The notes under the pieces were generated by a model. That model ran no database searches and was not told the origin of the DNA. It worked only from the letters and a program-made list of their open reading frames with translations. From Gammaproteobacteria bacterium (GTDB lineage Bacteria; Pseudomonadota; Gammaproteobacteria; Natronospirales; REEB76): 64,000 nt of DNA. The first letter of the stretch is position 1. Every line of letters begins with the position of its first letter. Below are positions 29,175 to 42,167 of the stretch, piece after piece. A program made the translations under genes and the position numbers. The stretch lies in assembly GCA_036263155.1 (NCBI GenBank), contig DATAHN010000130.1, forward strand, positions 1,649-65,648, read 5' to 3'.

Positions 29175-30647
29175 TCATAGGGGCACCACGTCGAATTGCT
29201 CTTGTGTATATAGAGATTCAACTTGAAGACGCACGGGCTTGCCAGCCTGGGCCGTGACCTCGGCGAACGCCGCCGACTCCTGGTCCAGCAGCAGGTCCAC
29301 CACTTCCTGGGCCGCCAGCACCCTGAGCTCCTGGGACTCACCCTGGCGGGTGGCGCGCAGCACCTCCCGGAACACGTCGTAGCACACGGTCTCGGCGGTC
29401 TTCACCGAACCGCGCCCCTGGCAGGTGGGACAGGGCTCGCAGAGCACATGCTCGAGGCTCTCGCGGGTGCGCTTGCGGGTCATCTCCACGAGGCCGAGCG
29501 CCGACACTGCGGTCACCTGGGTCTTGGCATGGTCCTGCGCCAAGGCCTGGCGCAGCGCATCCAGCACCGCCTGCTTGTGGGCCTCGTCGCTCATGTCGAT
29601 GAAGTCGATGATGATGATGCCGCCGAGGTTGCGCAGGCGCAGCTGGCGGGCGATGGCCTGGCTCGCCTCCAGGTTGGTCTTGAGGATGGTGTCCTCGAGC
29701 GTGCTCTTGCCCACGTAGGCGCCGGTGTTCACGTCGATGGTGGTCATGGCCTCGGTCTGGTCGATGACGAGGTGGCCGCCGGACTTGAGCGGTACCTTGC
29801 GCTCCAGTGCGCGCTGGATCTCCTCCTCCACGCCATGCTGCTCGAAGATGGGTTTGGCCGCCTCGTGCACTTCGATCCGCGCGGCCATGCCGGGGATGAA
29901 CATGTCGGTGAACTGGCGCATGCGCTGGGCGGTCTCGGCGGAATCCACCCGCACCGTACGCACCGGGTCGCCGTGCAGGTCGCGCAGGATGCGCACCGCC
30001 AGAGGCAGGTCCTCGTGCACCAGCGTGCCGGGCTTGGCGCGGGCGCCGGCCTCCCGCACGCTCTCCCATAGCTTGTTGAGGAACAGCATGTCGGCGCGCA
30101 GGGCCTCGGGTCCGGCGCCCTCGGCCGCGGTACGGGTGATGTAACCGCCGGGCGCGAGTTCCGGCGCAAAGGCCTCAACGTGCTGCTTGAGGCGCGCGCG
30201 CTCCGCCTCGTCCTCGATGCGGGCCGAGAGGCCTACGCCGTGGCCGCCGGGCATGTACACCAGGTAGCGGGAGGGGATGCTGATGCGGGTGGTGAGGCGC
30301 GCGCCCTTGCTGCCGAGCGGATCCTTGAGCACTTGCACCAGCACCTCCTGGCCCTCGTGCAAGAGTTCGCGGATGTCCGGCGGCGGCGCATGTACCTCGG
30401 GGTCGGCCCCCGGTGCCGGAGGCCGCGCGATGTCCGCGGCGTGCAGGAACGCGGTGCGGGCGAGGCCGAGTTCGATGAACGCCGCCTGCATGCCCGGCAG
30501 CACCCGCGTCACGCTGCCCTTGTAGATGTTGCCCACCAGGCCGCGGCGTCGCGTGCGCTCGACGTAAATCTCCTGCAACACGCCGCCGTCCACCAGCGCC
30601 ACCCGGGTCTCCCGCGGAGTGACGTTGATCAGGATCTCTTCGCTCAT
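29175..30647 (-). CDS. rng: ribonuclease G
   Basis: 490 aa with an S1 domain (NIYKGSVTRVLPGMQAAFIELG) and the RNase E/G catalytic core. It shows the conserved maf-rng-yhdP order. Confidence 0.92.
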   Translation of the reverse strand: MSEEILINVTPRETRVALVDGGVLQEIYVERTRRRGLVGNIYKGSVTRVLPGMQAAFIELGLARTAFLHAADIARPPAPGADPEVHAPPPDIRELLHEGQEVLVQVLKDPLGSKGARLTTRISIPSRYLVYMPGGHGVGLSARIEDEAERARLKQHVEAFAPELAPGGYITRTAAEGAGPEALRADMLFLNKLWESVREAGARAKPGTLVHEDLPLAVRILRDLHGDPVRTVRVDSAETAQRMRQFTDMFIPGMAARIEVHEAAKPIFEQHGVEEEIQRALERKVPLKSGGHLVIDQTEAMTTIDVNTGAYVGKSTLEDTILKTNLEASQAIARQLRLRNLGGIIIIDFIDMSDEAHKQAVLDALRQALAQDHAKTQVTAVSALGLVEMTRKRTRESLEHVLCEPCPTCQGRGSVKTAETVCYDVFREVLRATRQGESQELRVLAAQEVVDLLLDQESAAFAEVTAQAGKPVRLQVESLYTQEQFDVVPL

Positions 30648-30669
30648 GGCGTCACTCTGAAGTTAAGGG

Positions 30670-30706
30670 TTGAGGGATGGAGGTTCCGGGAACCTCCATC
30701 CCTCAA
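30670..30706. repeat. perfect 37-nt palindrome (18-bp arms) between the maf stop and the rng start
   Basis: TTGAGGGATGGAGGTTCC - G - GGAACCTCCATCCCTCAA. It lies 12 nt after the maf stop and 22 nt before the rng ATG. No U-tract follows on the minus strand. Confidence 0.85.
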
Positions 30707-30718
30707 TCCTCAAGACGC

Positions 30719-31300
30719 TCAGAGCATCCGCACCCCTGCCTCGCGCAAGAGCGTGGCGGTCTCGAAGAGCGGCAGACCCATGACGCCGGTATAGCTGCCT
30801 TCCAAATGCTCGATGAACAGCCCGCCCAGTCCCTGGATGCCGTAGGCGCCGGCCTTGTCCTTAGGCTCGCCGGTGTCCCAATAGGCCAGGGCCTCCTGGG
30901 GGCTCACGGCCCGGAACCGCACCTGGCTCTCGTTCACCGCGGCGGTGAGCGTACCGGCCTGCCAGAGAGCTATAGCCGATAATACTTGATGGGAGCGCGC
31001 CGAGAGGCGCGCCAGCATGGAAAGCGCATCGGCGCGGTCCCGGGGCTTGCCGAGGATGGCGCCATCCAGCACCACCGCCGTGTCCGCCGCCAGTACCGGC
31101 AGCGCGGGCTCCCCCAGCCGCTTCGCCGCGGTCTCAGCCTTGAGGCGAGCGAGCCGCAGGACATAATCCCGCGCCGGTTCGCCGGCATGGGGCGTCTCGT
31201 CCACGTCCACCGCCGCCACCTCGAACCGCAGCCCGAGCTGCTCCAGGAGCTGCCGGCGCCGGGGCGAAGTGGATGCGAGATAGAACTGCGGCCCGCTCAT
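30719..31300 (-). CDS. maf: Maf-like nucleoside triphosphate pyrophosphatase
   Basis: 193 aa with an N-terminal LASTSPRRRQLL motif. Its start overlaps the rlmH stop. Confidence 0.9.
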   Translation of the reverse strand: MSGPQFYLASTSPRRRQLLEQLGLRFEVAAVDVDETPHAGEPARDYVLRLARLKAETAAKRLGEPALPVLAADTAVVLDGAILGKPRDRADALSMLARLSARSHQVLSAIALWQAGTLTAAVNESQVRFRAVSPQEALAYWDTGEPKDKAGAYGIQGLGGLFIEHLEGSYTGVMGLPLFETATLLREAGVRML

Positions 31301-31767
31301 GCCCTGTGATACGGGTGATTTTTCAGGATCGACCAGGCCCTATAGAGCTGCTCGGCCACCACCACTCGCACCAAGCCGTGGGGCAGGGTCAGGGGCGAAA
31401 GGGACCACTTGAAGCCGGCGCGGGCGACGCATTCCGGCGCGAGCCCGTCGGGACCGCCCACCAGCAATGCCTGATCGCGGCCTTCCTGCAGCCAGCCGTT
31501 GAGCAGCTTCGCCAGGGCCTCCGTATCCAGCGGCTTGCCCTTCACCTCCAGGGCCGTGACACCGGCGCTCGCCGGCAGTGCCGCCAGCATGCGCTCGCCC
31601 TCCTCCTGCATGGCCTTGCGCGCGTCACCGCCGCTGCGGGCGGCGCCCAGCGGAATCTCCTTCAGGACCAGCTTGCACTCCGGCGGCAGGCGCCCGGCGT
31701 AGTCGGCGTAACCCTCCGCCACCCAGGACGGCATCTTGGTGCCGGCGGCGATGAGGTGGATTCGCAA
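31297..31767 (-). CDS. rlmH: 23S rRNA (pseudouridine1915-N3)-methyltransferase
   Basis: 156-aa SPOUT family protein, in the conserved rsfS-rlmH pairing. Confidence 0.9.
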   Translation of the reverse strand: MRIHLIAAGTKMPSWVAEGYADYAGRLPPECKLVLKEIPLGAARSGGDARKAMQEEGERMLAALPASAGVTALEVKGKPLDTEALAKLLNGWLQEGRDQALLVGGPDGLAPECVARAGFKWSLSPLTLPHGLVRVVVAEQLYRAWSILKNHPYHRA

Positions 31768-31771
31768 ACGC

Positions 31772-32116
31772 TCAGCGGCCCGCGGCCTGGTTGAGGTCCG
31801 GCAGCCAGAGCTTCTCGAGGTTGTAGAAGTCGCGCACCTGCGGACGCATCACGTGCAGCAGTACGTCGCCGAGATCCACGAGCACCCACTCGCCGCCCTG
31901 CTCGCCCTCCACGCCGATGGGCTTCACGCCCTTCTCGCGCACCGCGTCCAGGGCGTTACGCGCCAGCGACTTCACGTGGCGGTCCGAGGTGCCGCTCACG
32001 ATGACCATGAAGTCGGTGATGGCGGTCATGCCGCGCACGTCCAGCACGCGCAGGTCCACGCCCTTCATGTCCTCCAGGGCTTCCACCACCAGGTCCTTGA
32101 GTTGTTCAGGCTTCAT
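31772..32116 (-). CDS. rsfS: ribosome silencing factor
   Basis: 114 aa in the RsfS/YbeB family, based on the string DFMVIVSGTSDRHVKSLA and its position. Confidence 0.88.
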   Translation of the reverse strand: MKPEQLKDLVVEALEDMKGVDLRVLDVRGMTAITDFMVIVSGTSDRHVKSLARNALDAVREKGVKPIGVEGEQGGEWVLVDLGDVLLHVMRPQVRDFYNLEKLWLPDLNQAAGR

Positions 32117-32125
32117 CGGGCTTCC

Positions 32126-32746
32126 TCATGCATAGCATTTCGAATCTCGTATGTAGGCGCGCACCGCGTCCGGCACCAGCCAGCGCAGCTCGCCGCCCTT
32201 GGCCGCGAGTTCCCGCACCCGGCTGGAGGAGATCTCGAGCTGGGTGACCGCTTGCAGCAGCACCTGGCCGGCGACGCCTTGCAGGACATCGACCCGGCGC
32301 TCCTTCAGCACCCCGGCGATCTCGCCTTCCGTCTCCAACGCCCAGCCCGGGCGGTGCATCACCGCCACGTGTGCGAGGCCGAAGATGTCCCGCCAGCGAT
32401 GCCAGCCGGGAAATCCCAGGAACGCGTCCATGCCCACCACCAGCACCAGCACATCGGCGGGATGCTGCTTGCGCAGTTCCGTGAGCGTATCCACGGTGTA
32501 GGACGGCGCGGCTCGCTGCAGCTCGCGCTCATCCACCTTGAAACACGGCTCGTCGCCGATGGCGGCGCGCAGCATGGCGAGCCGGTGCTGCGGCGAGGCC
32601 CGTGGCGCGCCACGATGCGGCGGATGGCCGCTGGGGATGAAGAGCATGCTGTCCAGGGAGAGCGCGTCTAGCATCTCGAACGCCGGCCGCAGGTGGCCCA
32701 AGTGGATGGGGTCGAAGCTGCCCCCGAAGATGCCGATCTTTCTCAT
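32126..32746 (-). CDS. nadD: nicotinate-nucleotide adenylyltransferase
   Basis: 206 aa with the GGSFDPIHLGH nucleotidyltransferase motif. Confidence 0.92.
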   Translation of the reverse strand: MRKIGIFGGSFDPIHLGHLRPAFEMLDALSLDSMLFIPSGHPPHRGAPRASPQHRLAMLRAAIGDEPCFKVDERELQRAAPSYTVDTLTELRKQHPADVLVLVVGMDAFLGFPGWHRWRDIFGLAHVAVMHRPGWALETEGEIAGVLKERRVDVLQGVAGQVLLQAVTQLEISSSRVRELAAKGGELRWLVPDAVRAYIRDSKCYA

Positions 32747-32815
32747 CCGCGCGCGTGGCGCTCCTCGGTCTATATATACGTATCAGCAGCCAGAGCCGGC
32801 CACGCCTGTGGCGAG

Positions 32816-32878
32816 CGAATCGCGGATTCACTCCGCGATTCGCGGTTCTGAAAAAGGCCAGGGATGGACTTTTTCAGA
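32816..32878. repeat. two adjacent hairpins in the holA-nadD intergenic region
   Basis: Hairpin 1 is CGAATCGCGGA-TTCAC-TCCGCGATTCG (32816-32842). Hairpin 2 is TCTGAAAAAG-N12-CTTTTTCAGA (32847-32878). An AT-rich TATATATACGTAT patch at 32771-32783 lies about 25 nt upstream of the nadD start. Confidence 0.6.
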
Positions 32879-32894
32879 GAAATCTATTGGCAAC

Positions 32895-33914
32895 TCATCC
32901 ACGAGATGGCGCGTATTGACGCGCCATCTCCGTGGATAAGTGTAACAGTTCGTCCCAGGGCCGGCCCCGGGCGCGGCCCTTGAGTACGGCGTCCGCCCGC
33001 AACGCCTTCTTAAGCAGATGCTGCCAGCCCGTGGCCTTGCGCCGTTTCAGGGCCGCCTGGATCAGAGGGCGCCGCCGCTCCCAGACACCCGCCGTGACCC
33101 GCTGCATCGGGGCTCCCGCTTCGATCTCCAGGGCGAAGGAAGCCAGGTCCTTGAGCTGGCGCAGCAGCGCGCCCAGCACCATCACTGGCTCCTCGCCTTC
33201 CGCCCGCAGGCCTTCCAGCACCCGCACCGTGCGCGGCAGGTCGCCGGCGAGTGCCGCATCCACCAACTTGAAGGCGTCATAGCGTGCGCTATCCGCCACC
33301 GCTTCCGCCACGGCCTCGGCGTCCAGCACGCCGGGCTGGCGCAGCAGCGCGAGCTTCTCCACCTCCTGCGCGGCGGCCAGGAGGTTGCCCTCCACCCGGC
33401 CGCTGATGAGCGTCACTGCATCGGGTGTGGCGTCGAAACCTTTAGCCTTCAGGCGCTGACGCACCCAGGCCGGCACCTCGGCCGGCGCGACCGGCCAGAC
33501 CTGCACGAATAAACCAGCGCGCTCCAGCGCCTGGGCCCAGACCGGGCTGCCCTCCAGCTTGTCCTCGGCGATGACCAGGAGCAGCGTATCCGGGGCCGGG
33601 TCCTTGGCGTAGGCCGACAGCACCTCGGCACCCTTGGTGCCGGGCTTGGCGGTGGGCAGGCGCAGCTCCAGGATGCGGCGCGAGGCGAACAGCGAAAGGC
33701 TGGCGCCGGCGGTGAGCAGCGCCTCCCATTCGAAGCCGCGCTCGGCCACGAACACCTCGCGGTCGGTGTAGCCTTGCTCGCGGGCCGCCTTGCGGGTGAG
33801 GTCGGCGCTCTCCTCCCGCTGCAGGGGCTCATCGCCGGCGATGAGCACCACCGGCGGCAGGCCGCCCTTGAGCTGGGAAGCGAGTCTGTCAGGCCCGAGC
33901 TTCACGCGTTGCAC
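32895..33914 (-). CDS. holA: DNA polymerase III subunit delta
   Basis: 339 aa with the typical N-terminus (LKGGLPPVVLIAGDEPL). It lies downstream of lptE in the broad gene order. Its start overlaps the permease gene end by 26 nt. Confidence 0.88.
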   Translation of the reverse strand: MQRVKLGPDRLASQLKGGLPPVVLIAGDEPLQREESADLTRKAAREQGYTDREVFVAERGFEWEALLTAGASLSLFASRRILELRLPTAKPGTKGAEVLSAYAKDPAPDTLLLVIAEDKLEGSPVWAQALERAGLFVQVWPVAPAEVPAWVRQRLKAKGFDATPDAVTLISGRVEGNLLAAAQEVEKLALLRQPGVLDAEAVAEAVADSARYDAFKLVDAALAGDLPRTVRVLEGLRAEGEEPVMVLGALLRQLKDLASFALEIEAGAPMQRVTAGVWERRRPLIQAALKRRKATGWQHLLKKALRADAVLKGRARGRPWDELLHLSTEMARQYAPSRG

Positions 33915-34665
33915 CCGTCAGCTTGCGCAGGATGGCCATGATGATAGCGCAGGCCGCCAGGCACCAGACGATGAGCGCCCCGCTCGGCAGGTCGTAGAGC
34001 GTGGACAGCACCAGCCCCGCGGCATAGGCCACGGCCCCGAGCACGAAGGCCGCGGCGGTCCCCGGCTTGGGGCGCATGCCGCGCACGCCGAGGGCCGGCA
34101 TGATGAGGCTGGCGAACACCAGGTACACGCCCACCAACTGCACCGAGGCGGTGACCGCAAGGGCGAACAGGACGTAGAAGCCGATGCGCCCGAGGCGTTG
34201 GCCGAAGCCGAACCACACCCCCAGGATCAGCGCGTACAACAGCGCCACGGGGATGAGGCTCTTGTAGCTCACCCACAGGATCTGTCCCACCAGCAGGTCT
34301 TTGAGGTGCTCTCCCCCTTCCGGGTTGTTGGACAGCAGCAGGATGCTGCCGGTGGCGGCCAGCGCGAACAGGCCGCCGATGAGCGCCTCCTGCACCTCCG
34401 GGAAGCGCCGCTCGGTCCAGGTGAGCAGGAGCGCGCCCAGCAGTGCTGACACGCCGGCGGCGAACTGCACGCCCCAGCCGCTCTCGCCGCCCCAGTGCAG
34501 CATGCCGGCGGCGATCACGCCCAGGCCCGCCACCTGCGCGATGGCGAGGTCGATGAAGATGATGCCCTTGTTCAGCACCTCGCGGCCCATGGGCACGTGG
34601 GTGGCGAGCACCAGGAGGCCCGCCACCAGCGCAGGGCCGATGATGGAGAGGTCGATGAGGTTCAC
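33889..34665 (-). CDS. metal ABC transporter permease (ABC-3 / ZnuB-like)
   Basis: Trimmed to the GTG at 34665, which overlaps the upstream stop as GTGA. This gives 258 aa and a polytopic protein. The N-terminus NLIDLSIIGPALVAGLLVLATHVPMGREVL is typical of ZnuB/TroC-type permeases. Confidence 0.75.
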   Translation of the reverse strand: MNLIDLSIIGPALVAGLLVLATHVPMGREVLNKGIIFIDLAIAQVAGLGVIAAGMLHWGGESGWGVQFAAGVSALLGALLLTWTERRFPEVQEALIGGLFALAATGSILLLSNNPEGGEHLKDLLVGQILWVSYKSLIPVALLYALILGVWFGFGQRLGRIGFYVLFALAVTASVQLVGVYLVFASLIMPALGVRGMRPKPGTAAAFVLGAVAYAAGLVLSTLYDLPSGALIVWCLAACAIIMAILRKLTGATREARA

Positions 34666-35570
34666 TTTCCGCCTCCCTGCAGCTTGAGCAGACGGTCCAC
34701 CATGAGGCCGTAGAACTGGAACAGGTCCTTGTCGTCGTCGGCGCCCACGGTGTCGGGGATCTGTGCCACCGGGATGCTGCCGCGCTCGCTCAGCCACTCC
34801 GGCGCCTGCTCATCCTCGTAGGGTGTATAGATGATGCCTTTCACCCCCTCGCTCTTGATCTTGCCGAGCAGCTCCGACAGGTGGCCGGGACTGGGCGGGA
34901 TGCCGGGCTTGGGCTCCAGGAAACCCACCGCCTCGATGCCGAGCCAGTTCTGCATGTACACCCACCCGTCGTGGTAGGCGATGAGCTTCATGCCCTTCAG
35001 GGGCGCCGCCTGTTGCTGCCACTTGGTGACGGCCGCGTCCCAGCGCGCCTTGAAGTCGGCGTAGCGCTTCTGGTAGTCGGCGGCGTTGGACGGGTCGAGC
35101 TGTGCCAGGCGCTTCGTGAGTTCCGCCGCCACCAGCCCGATGTTGCGGGGATCGGTCTGGAAGTGCGGGTTGCCATAGGGATGGATGTCGCCCTGGGCCC
35201 GGTCCACGCTGGCCGGCACCTGCAGCATCTGCACCGACTGCGAGGCGTCCAGGAAGCCAGGCTGTCCCGGCTGCACCGAGGCGCGGGCTCCCTGCTGCAT
35301 CAGCACCGGCAGCCAGCCCACCTCCAGGTCCGCACCATTGCAGACCACGAGGTCGGCCTTGCGTACGGCGGAGATCAGGCTGGGGCGCGCCTGGATGAAG
35401 TGCGGGTCGTTGAAGGCGCCGCTGGCGGTGGTCACGCTCACGTGGCCGCCGCCCACTTCCGCCAGCAGCGCGGTCCAATGGGGCTCGCAGGCGAAGGCGT
35501 TGATGTCAGCGAAGGCCGGGGTGCAGGTTCCCAATGCCAATGCCAGAGAAAGGTACTTCAAGAGTTTCAT
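34662..35570 (-). CDS. metal ABC transporter periplasmic substrate-binding protein (ZnuA/TroA family)
   Basis: 302 aa with a signal peptide. Metal-ligand contexts NDPHF and DIHPYGNPHFQTDP. It has no long His-rich loop. Confidence 0.75.
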   Translation of the reverse strand: MKLLKYLSLALALGTCTPAFADINAFACEPHWTALLAEVGGGHVSVTTASGAFNDPHFIQARPSLISAVRKADLVVCNGADLEVGWLPVLMQQGARASVQPGQPGFLDASQSVQMLQVPASVDRAQGDIHPYGNPHFQTDPRNIGLVAAELTKRLAQLDPSNAADYQKRYADFKARWDAAVTKWQQQAAPLKGMKLIAYHDGWVYMQNWLGIEAVGFLEPKPGIPPSPGHLSELLGKIKSEGVKGIIYTPYEDEQAPEWLSERGSIPVAQIPDTVGADDDKDLFQFYGLMVDRLLKLQGGGK

Positions 35571-35588
35571 GGTTGATCCTCGTCGAAA

Positions 35589-36824
35589 TCAGAATGTGTG
35601 CGCCGGATGGGCGCCCATGGCCACGATGTACTGCAGCATCACCTCATTCGCGGCCCTGGGGCCCGACGCGTCACGGTTGAACTGCAGGCGGATGCGGCTG
35701 AACTCGGAGTTGGAGAAATCCAGCATGGCGCTCTCCCGGTGCGGGGTGAATCCGTTGCCGAGAAGCTGTGCCGGCTGGTAGAGGCCGGTGACAGTGTTGT
35801 CGCTGCTCAAGCGGTCGTAGCGCAGGCCGAAGCGCCAGCGCGGCATCCATTGGTACACGCCCTGCACGTACCAGCCGCTCGCGGCACCCGAGTACAGGCT
35901 GCCGCCGCTGCAGGCGGTGTCCACGGGACAAGGCAGCGGCGCGACGCTGCCGGACTCGCGCCGGTGCAGGTATTCGGCCTGCAGCACCAGGTTCTTCTGG
36001 GCGAAGTTGCCGTGGGGTGACCACTTCCACACGAAGTCCGCGCCTACGATGTCGCTGTCGCCGGAGAACACCGGGCCATCCAGCTCGCTCGCGTCGGCGA
36101 ACTCGGTGCTGGGGCTGCCGAGGGAGGGCCGATCCGCGGCACGGGTGGTCAGCCAGGAGAGGCCCGCGAACCAGGTGCTGCTGTCCCCCACGTCGCGGCT
36201 CAGTTTCACGAACAGGGAGTGGGCGCCGTTGCCGCCGTGACTCGCGCCGCCCGCCGGGAAGCGGTCGCCGCTGAAGGCCTCGGCGCCGACCAAGAGATAG
36301 GTGTCAGTGGGCGCGAGCCAGGTCACCTGCAGACCGGGGTCGCTGTACTGCCCGCCCAACATGGCCTCATACACCAGCGGCTGGTCCACGAAGTCCCAGG
36401 CGTGGGCGTGGCGCGCGTTCTGGTAGCCGAAGGCGGAGAAGAACTTGCCGGCGGTCACCTGCAGGCCGTAGGGCATCGCCAGGGTCTGCAGGTAGGCCAG
36501 CTCCACTTCCGCGCGGTCCTCACCGTGGCTCTCGCTGAAGGAGAGCGCGGCGAAACCGGTGAACTGGTCGTCGATGTTGGAGAACAGGTCCAGCTCGGAT
36601 TCACCGAGGCCGAAGCCCTGCTGCAGCAGACCCGCGTCCTCGCCCAGCATGAAGCCCGGCATCTGCCGGTGGCCGGCACCGTCTGGATAGGCGGCCCAGG
36701 TGCCGTTCAGCACCAGGGCCACGCCGGGGTTGAAGGCGTTGCCGCTCTGGGGCGCTGCGAAGGCCGCGCCGCTGCATGCAGCGAGGCTGCAAGCCAAAGC
36801 GGCGGCCAGATATCTCTTGTCCAT
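35589..36824 (-). CDS. putative outer-membrane beta-barrel (porin-like) protein
   Basis: 411 aa with a signal peptide (SLAACSGAAFA). It shows alternating amphipathic beta-strand patterning and a C-terminal aromatic residue (..HTF). The family was not identified by eye. Confidence 0.55.
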   Translation of the reverse strand: MDKRYLAAALACSLAACSGAAFAAPQSGNAFNPGVALVLNGTWAAYPDGAGHRQMPGFMLGEDAGLLQQGFGLGESELDLFSNIDDQFTGFAALSFSESHGEDRAEVELAYLQTLAMPYGLQVTAGKFFSAFGYQNARHAHAWDFVDQPLVYEAMLGGQYSDPGLQVTWLAPTDTYLLVGAEAFSGDRFPAGGASHGGNGAHSLFVKLSRDVGDSSTWFAGLSWLTTRAADRPSLGSPSTEFADASELDGPVFSGDSDIVGADFVWKWSPHGNFAQKNLVLQAEYLHRRESGSVAPLPCPVDTACSGGSLYSGAASGWYVQGVYQWMPRWRFGLRYDRLSSDNTVTGLYQPAQLLGNGFTPHRESAMLDFSNSEFSRIRLQFNRDASGPRAANEVMLQYIVAMGAHPAHTF

Positions 36825-36903
36825 GGAAGACGCTCCTCGTGTACGTGTCTACGCGGCCGCGCCGCCGGAACGGACGCGACCATGCCAAGTGGATCCCGGG
36901 GGA

Positions 36904-37212
36904 TCAGGCGTGGACGACGGGAGGCGCGCGGCTGGTCTGGTTGCGGAGGAGGCCCTGGGCGGCGGGACGGATGAGGACGATACGCGGCGCCTCTTCGCGC
37001 ATCGGGAGAGCTGGCTGCGGGAGCGTTGTGCCGGACACGGCAGGCGAATGGCCGCCGAGCATGCAGTAGTGGCAGGCGAGATCCGACTGGCCGATGGGAT
37101 GGCTCGCCTGGTGCGCCGGCAACGCCGATTGCACCGCCAGGAACAGCAAGCCGAGCACGAGCCAGAGGCGGCGTGCGGCGCGGTGCAAGCGAAGGTCGGT
37201 CAGACGGAACAT
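36904..37212 (-). CDS. small exported/anchored protein with an H..CHYC motif (DUF2946-like resemblance)
   Basis: Trimmed to the ATG at 37212 (MFRLTDLRLHRAARRLWLVLGLLFLAVQSALPA). 102 aa with a strong GC3 codon bias in this frame. It has a hydrophobic N-terminal segment followed by HQASHPIGQSDLACHYCMLGGH. Confidence 0.45.
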   Translation of the reverse strand: MFRLTDLRLHRAARRLWLVLGLLFLAVQSALPAHQASHPIGQSDLACHYCMLGGHSPAVSGTTLPQPALPMREEAPRIVLIRPAAQGLLRNQTSRAPPVVHA

Positions 37213-37222
37213 GGCCTTGATG

Positions 37223-42163
<4,941 letters not shown>

Positions 42164-42167
<4 letters not shown>

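Noticed and set aside
30677-30982. 101-aa plus-strand ORF starting inside the palindrome (MEVPGTSIPQSS...).
   Set aside because: Its start is created by the palindrome itself and the ORF runs antisense through maf. It has no coding-like composition.
33889-35570. Annotating the SBP and permease as a complete ZnuABC zinc importer with znuA/znuB symbols.
   Set aside because: There is no ATPase gene in the cassette, no His-rich ZnuA loop and no recognisable Zur box. Metal specificity cannot be assigned from the sequence alone.
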